The position numbers were made by a program, and so were the translations under genes. Under the pieces are notes generated by a model that did not search any database, was not told the origin of the DNA, and was given only the letters and a program-made list of their open reading frames with translations. Source: Paramoeba atlantica (lineage: Eukaryota > Protista > Discosea). Taken from it: a stretch of 64,000 nucleotides of DNA. The stretch is taken from assembly GCA_977017575.1 (NCBI GenBank), contig CDRNVI010000078.1:38586-102585 (forward strand), given 5' to 3'. Below, one piece after another: positions 56,128-64,000 of this stretch; the first letter of the stretch is position 1, and each line of letters opens with the position of its first letter.

Positions 56128-56690
56128 GAAGCCACGGGCGAAACATCACCTTCCCCCCTTCTCTCGTGAGAGAAACTACCTCCAAAAATAACTAGAACAG
56201 AACTTACAAGTAAATGAATAAATAAATAGATAAATAAATACGCTAACCTGGAAATGTCTATAAGTATTTCGTATTGGCGCTACCCCCCATTGTATGGGGG
56301 TAGTTCTAACTAAGCTTAATAATAATAATAATAATAACAAAAGACTATACACATGCAACTTTCAACGTACACTCTCCTTAGCGCACTGAAACATCTATCC
56401 ACATCACGAATAGGCCAAACCGCGGATTATGCGAATGGAGGTAGGAGACCTATTATCTAACTAAGCTTACGCGTCTTTGTAAGCTAAATCTTATAATTCT
56501 ATATATTTAATATTTGACCTACGATAGTGCTTTGCTCATTTGAGAACACAGCACAGTGCCGTTTAACTCCTGGAGGTGCATTATGAAATCTTGCACCACG
56601 ATATCGCGATCACGCCCGCTAGCATCGGCCAGAGATTTCAGGAGAGCCAGGCCACTTTTGTTCATTGCTCCTCCGGCGAGTTTTGTTCAT
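56128..56690 (-). mobile_element. Very short 5'-truncated CRE-like copy I (last ~55 codons + 3' UTR)
   Basis: Manual translation LAGGAMNKSGLALLKSLADASG...LQELNGTVLCSQMSKALS*; the UTR shares the AGCTTACAAAGACGCGTAAGCT hairpin and 3' end with F. Confidence 0.8.
56318..56455 (-). mobile_element. 138-bp SINE-like insert with (TTA)n tail and 13-bp TSD; second copy at about 56748-56891
   Basis: TCTAACTAAGCTT at 56305-56317 and 56456-56468. Confidence 0.75.
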
Positions 56691-57124
56691 TGCTCCCACG
56701 GCCTCCGTCACTTCTATAGATGCGCTTTCCTCACCAACCTTGCACACTTAATAATAATAATAATATAACAAAAGACTATACACATGCAACTTTCAACGTA
56801 CACTCTCCTTAGCGCACTGAAACATCTATCCACACGAATTTATCACGAATAGGCCAAACCGCGGATTATGCGAATGGAGGTAGGAGACCTATCCTCTTTT
56901 GCAATTAGGAGAAAACGTGTACAAACGAGCACAAGCAAACCAGAACAATCTTACAATTAGCCATTTTCAGCTCAATATTTCACCATCGATATTCAACGCG
57001 GTACCAAGGGTTAAGCAGTACGCAAGTTCTTGCCTTCATTGCCGCGTCATATGCCCGAAGAGCAACTCAGCGCCAACTTGTTCTCTGCTTGCCAAATAAA
57101 CCACCGTATACTATCAATATTACG

Positions 57125-57263
57125 ATTAAACAAAAAGGGGGTAGTAAACAAAAAGGGGGTAGTAAACAAAAAGGGGGTAGTAAACAAAAAGGGGGTAGTA
57201 AACAAAAAGGGGGTAGTAAACAAAAAGGGGGTAGTAAACAAAAAGGGGGTAGTAAACAAAAAA
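57125..57263 (+). repeat. 18-bp minisatellite TAAACAAAAAGGGGGTAG, ~7.5 units
   Basis: Direct reading; perfect units. Confidence 0.95.
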
Positions 57264-57299
57264 AAGCATATCAAGCACTACTACTTTCAAGCCTTCAAC

Positions 57300-57930
57300 A
57301 TTAGAAGGACGCACGATCTGTTTGCTGCAACTCGCAGCCTTTGACTACTCACCTTCACACTTCTTTCCAACTTCCCTAATACTGCCGCTCTGCACGTCTT
57401 CTTGGAGAGCCTCCATTTTTATCCTCTCAGTCTTAAAAAGCGTAAGGAGAAATTGAACCTGGTGGATCGACAGCCCGAGCTGAAACGGAGTTTTGGGCGC
57501 TCTAGAGTTATCGCTCCATCTGGGAACATTTTTCACACGCACGCAATAGACGTTTATCGTAGCAGGGGGCTTCAAGAGCTTCGGTTGCGTGAGGGAGGGA
57601 TGCAGAGACATTTGATGAATCTCAGCAGGGCCCGAGCTGAAAAAGATTTTTGGCGCTCTAGAGATCCACTGATTCCTCATCCGTACAACTGAACCCTTCG
57701 ATTCCTGTGTGAACAAGCTTGCCCGGCACTTTCGAAGAATACCAGCAAAACCCGAGCTGAAAAAGATTTTTGGCGCTCGAGAGTTCCACCGCTTTTGCTT
57801 CAGTGTTCCTGGACCCCTTGTTCCTTTAAGCGAAGCGCGTTTCGACAATTCATGCAACAGGTGCAGAGAAGACATGAACCTCACCCTCCCAACTTCTCGC
57901 TTGGGGCAATGCCGTCCCGGACACATGGTC
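57300..57930 (-). mobile_element. Putative non-autonomous CRE derivative with three GAGC-N17/18-GCTC motifs
   Basis: Motifs at 57477, 57634 and 57754; the LERQKSFSAR frame is broken by TGA codons. Confidence 0.45.
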
Positions 57931-57974
57931 TAAAACTTAGTAGGGAAAAAATGACAACAATATTACGTACCCCA

Positions 57975-58390
57975 CTCAGTGTTTTCGATCCTGGTTGAGC
58001 ATTTGATCCTAGTTGAGCATTTGATCCTGGTTGAGCATTTAATCCTGGTTGAGCATTTGATCCTGGTTGAGCATTTAATCCTGGTTGAGCATTTAATCCT
58101 GGTTGAGCATTTAATCCTGGTTGAGCATTTGATCCTGGTTGAGCATTTAATCCTGGTTGAGCATTTAATCCTGGTTGAGCATATTTTGATGAACCCGATG
58201 TACGTTCCGCCACGTCGGATTTATTGAAAAGTTTAAGTGTTTTACTATTTTGTATATTCTTTCTGCTTTGTGAAGTCCAGTGTGTCATACGAAGAAGTCG
58301 AGATGTATCGACACTATAAGTACCTACTCGAGAGCCCCTAACTGGTCCACTAAAAAGGACTCAGTGTATTTGTTGTTGTTGTTGTTGTTT
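57975..58390 (-). repeat. Inverted second copy of the (CAA)n/unique/18-bp minisatellite block
   Basis: Reverse complement of 42330-42740, with a different order of unit variants. Confidence 0.95.
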
Positions 58391-60132
58391 TCGATGAGTA
58401 CGGATATTTAGCAATGAAATATACATAAATGCTCCAGAATATTATTAACGCGTTGATAAATAAATGTACCAAGAGGACATAACACTCCTGAAAATAAGCG
58501 TTCCAGATTAATGCGCAAAGTTATACACAGCAAATTTCGATTACATATAGCGGCTTTTCTTCACAAAAATGGGGGCATTCGTCATTCTACCCCGTGATGT
58601 CTTGTACTGAGAAAACTTTACTGGATCCCCAGTATTAGCTTCTGGGTTGAGTGAACGAGCAATCCTGACTGTGCTGCCTTCTTCTGTATTTTTCAGTTTC
58701 CCTTTTTTCATATTCACTTTGTGTGTAGATTTTTCTTGGAGATCATGCTCCCTTTTTTGACCGTGATTAGATTTGTTTCCCTCCCTTTGCGTGTGAATGA
58801 CGCATGAAAAACGACGTGCAGCTGTTCTCTGTGCTTTGCGTGCTATTTCATCAGCTTTTTCATTGAAGGAATTCCCGCAGTGTGCCCGCACTTTAATAAC
58901 GTAGAGACTACTATCTGTACAACGCTCTTTAATTGCTCCTTGTATCTGCGTGAGTAGGTCAGCATTTGGCATGCCACCGTATCCAATGATTGAAAAACGA
59001 ACCCTAACATTATGATACCAGTCCCATACATAATGAGAATCAGTATGTATAACTGTGTTCCTCGTAGAAGACGAAGCTGCCTGAATGCCCAAAAGAAAGG
59101 AGCGAAGTTCAGCCCGATCCGGTGAAGTGCATTCCGGTGGTAAAACGTGTTGTCTGGTTCTTACACCATTTGAATTAACAATAACTATCCCCGAACCCAC
59201 GGCTGGTTTTCCTGCTTCTGAACTGACAGCCCCATCTACGTATATGTGTTCGGAATCAGCTGAGAGAGGAGAATGGTCCGTGCCTTCTTCAATTCCTTCG
59301 AGTACTTTGTAGGTGGTAGTATCTAAGTCCTGGCATACCTTCTTCCAGGATCTAGAGCCGAAAACCATGTAGGATTTGTGAGATTCAAGATATTCACGCA
59401 AAAATTTAACTCTCGACGCCCACCAATCCCGATCTCCCGCTAGGACATTGAGATCTTCGACATCTAGTTCCATGTCTTCAGCACATGCCTCTGATAGAGT
59501 GGGACGATATTTCTTTCCTGTTGCTTTGCGCCATAGCATTACCGATTTGAAGGGATTATTGCCGCGGATCAGGTGTCCTAGCATTTGAACTCGGAGGACT
59601 CGACATGCGTTAGAAAGTCGCATTCTGTTCCCGTATAGTGCATCACATGGTGTACCTCTTGTACCATCCCAAGTACGAACCCCGAGAGCTAGTCTTCTCA
59701 TTCGGTTCACTTCACAGTCAATTAAATCAGCGTCTTTTTTTATTAGGGAAAAGTTTCCACAGCCATACAGCAATAAAGGTGAAACCAGAGATTCGAATAA
59801 GTGAAATTTTGTGACAAGCGTGAGGCCTGATTTCCATAATGACTGTAGGCGATGTGTTGCAGCCCACGCTAAGTTAATTCGGTCTTCAAAGTTTACAATG
59901 ACACCCTTATTAGTAATTTTCAACCCCAAGTATCGATATTCGGTGATTCGAGGCACCAACCCCCCATTGGTTAGAATCAAGTCTCCTTGTGCGTCATTCA
60001 CTTGACCTACTGTCATCCACGCAGTTTTATTTACACCAATGTTGAGACGTAAGTTGACTTTCGCAGCTGTTTGTTCCAGTCTTTCCAGAACGCGATTCAA
60101 ATTAGTAAGAGAGGGACATATGAGCACTAAAT
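58369..60132 (-). mobile_element. 5'-truncated RT-RNase H non-LTR element L with (CAA)n tail
   Basis: Begins at the DLVL of the YADD motif; YRYLG; YVDG..AEL..HTDS..KVRAHCGNSFNEKAD. Confidence 0.88.
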
Positions 60133-63095
60133 CACACACACACACACACACACACAACACTGAAGGCATTACCCTTCAGTTGAGAAACTGTTCAAGCTTC
60201 ACTAAATATATGCTCCTAAAACTAGAACTAATAGAATTTGATTCCCACACCATCGTGCGCCCTATTGGTAGATATATTTTTCCATTACTTTCGTTTTGAG
60301 TACACCCCTGAGTTTACAGGTTGGATGTTCGGAAATGTTTCTTTTCGCTTTGTTCAAATTCTGCGTTAGCAAGCGAGGACGCGGTGTCTAGTAACTTACC
60401 TTTTCTCTTACGCCGCATCCGACGCTCCTCACGGGTTGGGTTCGTGGTTTTCTTTTCTATTGTTTTAAGGCAAGCTATCCACTCATATTCGGAGTGGGCC
60501 GATTCATTTCCTCGGTTCAGGTTTTTTCTTCGTTTAGAAATAGGTTCCGAACTAACGAGCTTTTTACTTAAGGTATCCGCTTCTTCATTCCATTTATTCC
60601 CTGAATGGCCTCGGACCTTAATAAAGGTGATGGTTCTCCCCTGACAATGCGCTGATCGAATAAAACTATCCAGAAAACTAAGCAGATCGGAATTCGAGCC
60701 TTCAAAACCAACCAGTCGATCTTTCCTTCGGCGCATATTTACAAAATTCCACACATAATACGAATCTGTGTGTACAACAACATTTTCAACTTCTTTTAGT
60801 TTACTCAAACCAAATAGGGCAGCGTGAATTTCGGCTCTTTCAGGAGATTTGGTTTCCAGGTAGGATAGGGAGGACGAAAAACTTTCATGCTTCTCTGCGT
60901 TTACTATTACACATCCAACTGCTACCTTTACCCTTGTTTCCGTATCATCGGAGATAGAAGCATCCACGTACGCATGCATTTCCTCTGGTTTTACAGGAAA
61001 AGGGGTTTCCCCTTCTTCGATAAATTGTAATTTATTACACACTGTTTCTTTTAAAGCGTTTTTGTATGCTAGTTTCCATTTAGGACTTTTGTAGCCAATA
61101 TAAGACTCTGAGGGCTCGAGTCTCTCTGAGAGGTTTTCAATTAATTTGGCCCAGTGTGCGCGATCAGAGGCATATACAAGCATTTCTTCCATCTCAATCC
61201 CAAGGTCTTGTGCGCATGCTTCGGAAGGCGATGGAAATCTCGCCTTTTCCCGGGAGCCCCATCCTACTAAAGAGCGGTAGATCTCAGAGTGCCTAATTTG
61301 GTGACCCACAAGGCGCGCCCGATTAATACGATGTATTGTATTGAAATGTAGCGTGTTGTGGTACAGAGATTCAATAGGATAACAATGCCCATTCTCATCA
61401 ACTCCTACGGCGTCACACACGATGCGCCTCATGTTGTTTACCTGTACTTCAACGTTTCTCACCTGCGATGCCGATATCACCATGGATGACGTACCGTAGT
61501 TTAGTATGGGATAGACAAGGGTGTCAAAAATTCGAAGCTTAGCCTTTACGCGAAGAGGCGAGATCCAAATACCTCGTAGTTTGCTAAAACACGCCCACGT
61601 CAAACGTAATCTGTCGGTTAATGTTAATTTAGGCTCGGTTTCATTCTGAACATGCCCCAGATGGCGGTACGATTTTACTTTCGGAATGTTCCCACAAGTT
61701 GATGAAAGGAGATCGCCATCCTTATTCTCATTCTTCGAGATGGACATCCATGCCGTTTTGTTGACACCAGCGGCTATACTCAAATTAGCTTTGGATGCTT
61801 CAGTAGCGACGCTGTCGACCATCCTTTCTAATGAACGTTTGGAGTCGGAAAACAGGATCAAATCATCAGCGTAATCAATATCAGTCACTCGTGTTGATTT
61901 ATATCCACGTTTTCTGGTTCCGGCGGAGCTCAGCGTTAGTCCATCATCTTTATTTTTCAATGCCGCGTGAAGGATGCGATCGAGAACCATGATAAATAAA
62001 TACGGAGCCAGCACATCCCCTTGCAAAATACCCGAGGTAATAGGAAAGGAGCTGGTTTTCCCAAACGGGGTACGTACAATGGCCTCTAAGCCCTCGTAGG
62101 CCGACATTGCAAGGGTTGTCATTCGAGGTCCTACGTGGAACGAATGTAACGCTGCCCTGATAGATGAGTGTGAAAGCGATGGAAAGGCAAGTTAATGAAA
62201 GCGAATGAAAGGCAGTTAATTGAGCATCCACTGTAGGAAGAATTCGATTTAGTATCATACGGTTCATGAGTTTTGCAGCGTGCACTATTAGACATATTGG
62301 TCTCCAATTGTTCATGTTGCCTAAGTCGCCTTTTTTCGGAACTGGGACTTGGATAACTCGTTTCCATGTCTGTAGCGCTCTTCCGCTCTCACGAACCATA
62401 TTAATTAAATGTAGAAGAATAGATTGTATGAACGGATCGCTGTTCAGTACTCGTAAGGCTTCAATTGGAATCGAGTCAATGCCTGGTGCTTTACCAGTTG
62501 CCATATCTTTAAGAGCAGTCGTCAATTCATTGAGATCAAACGGTCCACCAGATATAGGGATAAACGACTTTGGCGCTTCCGCAAATTTGATCTTGTTGTC
62601 TACCTCCTTTAGTTGCACAGTATTCTGAAAGTGTAATCGCACATTACATAATTGTTCGCTTTTTGTTTTTCCTGGCGGTCTGAGGCGTGATGAAGTGTGC
62701 CCAGTCATCATTTTAACATGTCTCCAAGAAGAACGTTTGTATCTTTGAAAGTTTTGTTGTAGAGACAGGCATTCTTGAGTGATATTTTCATTCACGGTGA
62801 TGCTATGTTCTTTTACTAGAGAATCGAACCTCTGCGGACTTTGAGACGTACGGAAAATGTCACGGATTCGCAACTGTGTAGTAGTTTCATCGTTTGAAGC
62901 AAACATGTTTATGTTTTCCTCCTTCGTTGGTATAGATTCAGCCGCCATGATAATTGCTTTTTCCAATTTATCCCACAAAATATCACTTGGAAATATCACA
63001 GGCATTTCGGTTGACATTTTCTGGTTTGGCTCATTTCGTCTTCTTTTCATCCCAACTATCTCCGCATGTTCGGTGTAGTTCTCTTTCACAGGAAG
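60133..63095 (-). mobile_element. RT-RNase H non-LTR element M with internal deletion/filler near 62130-62245 and (TG)n tail
   Basis: KAPGIDSIP, WRPICL, GILQGDVLAPYLF, DYADD, YVDA..EIHA..HTDS..KVRGHSGNKWNEEAD; no endonuclease in view. Confidence 0.88.
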
Positions 63096-63097
63096 AG

Positions 63098-64000
63098 AAA
63101 GAGGAAGAAAGAGGAAGAAAGAGGAAGAAAGAGGAAGAAAGAGGAAGAAAGAGGAAGAAAGAGGAAGAAAGAGGAAGAAAGAGGAAGAAAGAGGAAGAAA
63201 GAGGAAGAAAGAGGAAGAAAGAGGAAGAAAGAGGAAGAAAGAGGAAGAAAGAGGAAGAAAGAGGAAGAAAGAGGAAGAAAGAGGAAGAAAGAGGAAGAAA
63301 GAGGAAGAAAGAGGAAGAAAGAGGAAGAAAGAGGAAGAAAGAGGAAGAAAGAGGAAGAAAGAGGAAGAAAGAGGAAGAAAGAGGAAGAAAGAGGAAGAAG
63401 AGGAAGAAAGAGGAAGAAAGAGGAAGAAAGAGGAAGAAAGAGGAAGAAAGAGGAAGAAAGAGGAAGAAAGAGGAAGAAAGAGGAAGAAAGAGGAAGAAAG
63501 AGGAGAAAGAGGAAGAAAGAGGAAGAAAGAGGAAGAAAGAGGAAGAAAGAGGAAAAGAGGAAGAAAGAGGAAGAAAGAGGAAGAAAGAGGAAGAAAGAGG
63601 AAGAAAGAGGAAGAAAGAGGAAGAAAGAGGAAGAAAGAGGAAGAAAGAGGAAGAAAGAGGAAGAAAGAGGAAGAAAGAGGAAGAAAGAGGAAGAAAGAGG
63701 AAGAAAGAGGAAGAAAGAGGAAGAAAGAGGAAGAAAGAGGGGAAAGAGGAAGAAAGAGGAAGAAAGAGGAAGAAAGAGGAAGAAAGAGGAAGAAAGAGGA
63801 AGAAAGAGGAAGAAAGAGGAAGAAAGAGGAAGAAAGAGGAAGAAAGAGGAAGAAAGAGGAAGAAAGAGGAAGAAAGAGGAAGAAAGAGGAAGAAAGAGGA
63901 AGAAAGAGGAAGAAAGAGGAAGAAAGAGGAAGAAAGAGGAAGAAAGAGGAAGAAAGAGGAAGAAAGAGGAAGAAAGGAAGAAAGAGGAAGAAAGAGGAAG
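63098..64000 (+). repeat. Purine-only 10-bp satellite (GAGGAAGAAA)n, ~90 units, running off the window
   Basis: Direct reading, with rare 1-2-bp variants. Confidence 0.98.

Noticed and set aside
52120-56240. ~100-bp inverted repeats as TIRs of a 4-kb DNA transposon
   Set aside because: They are the homologous 3' UTRs of two oppositely oriented CRE copies (F and I).
56318-56891. ~135-bp direct repeats as a giant TSD around element I
   Set aside because: The left copy has its own 13-bp TSD and (TTA)n tail, so it is an independent short insertion.
57470-57800. SECIS-type recoding of the TGA codons near the repeated hairpin
   Set aside because: The hairpin lacks the AUGA/GA quartet, and the interrupted frame is not otherwise protein-like.
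27500-63095. Drosophila-like retrotransposon telomere array, or a chimeric misassembly
   Set aside because: The TSD-flanked nested insertions and exactly rejoinable host ORF indicate internal insertion events; polarity alone is insufficient. Long reads are still needed to exclude local errors.

Overview
Eukaryotic (protist) DNA in two very different halves. Left (1-24.4 kb): a compact, apparently intronless cluster of housekeeping genes, all on the minus strand and several with upstream polypyrimidine tracts. It holds FCF1, a PRA1-like protein, a 1724-aa TBC protein plus a paralog at the left edge that the ORF track missed, an ankyrin protein, KRI1, an EPL1-like protein, a CDK1-family kinase and RPSA, plus TA-flanked MITEs and an IS630/Tc1 relic. 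The one-strand layout, the RPSA sequence (GTKNRT) and the PATALRE kinase suggest a kinetoplastid/euglenozoan; this is inference. A 2.1-kb G-rich satellite (25.0-27.1 kb) separates the genes from a ~36-kb nest of retroelements that ends in a purine-only 10-bp satellite. By matching junctions by eye, much of the nest can be reconstructed. One CRE-like (RT + restriction-like endonuclease) ORF is split in three, by a second CRE-like element (7-bp TSD) and by a ~4.9-kb tyrosine-recombinase retrotransposon with A1-B1-A2-B2 split direct repeats that itself carries nested inserts. Best leads: (i) that YR element has ~425 codons of open overlapping frame, an amber codon in a hairpin loop between in-frame gag and YR, a correctly phased slippery heptamer and a TGATG stop-start; (ii) a GAGC-N17-GCTC hairpin occurs in five divergent CRE ORFs and is multiplied in non-coding derivatives; (iii) four CRE 3' UTRs share a hairpin+G6 motif; (iv) kilobase GC islands with C-to-G skew flips shape host proteins. 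No searches or folding were run; family names come from motif recognition and coordinates of degraded elements are approximate.
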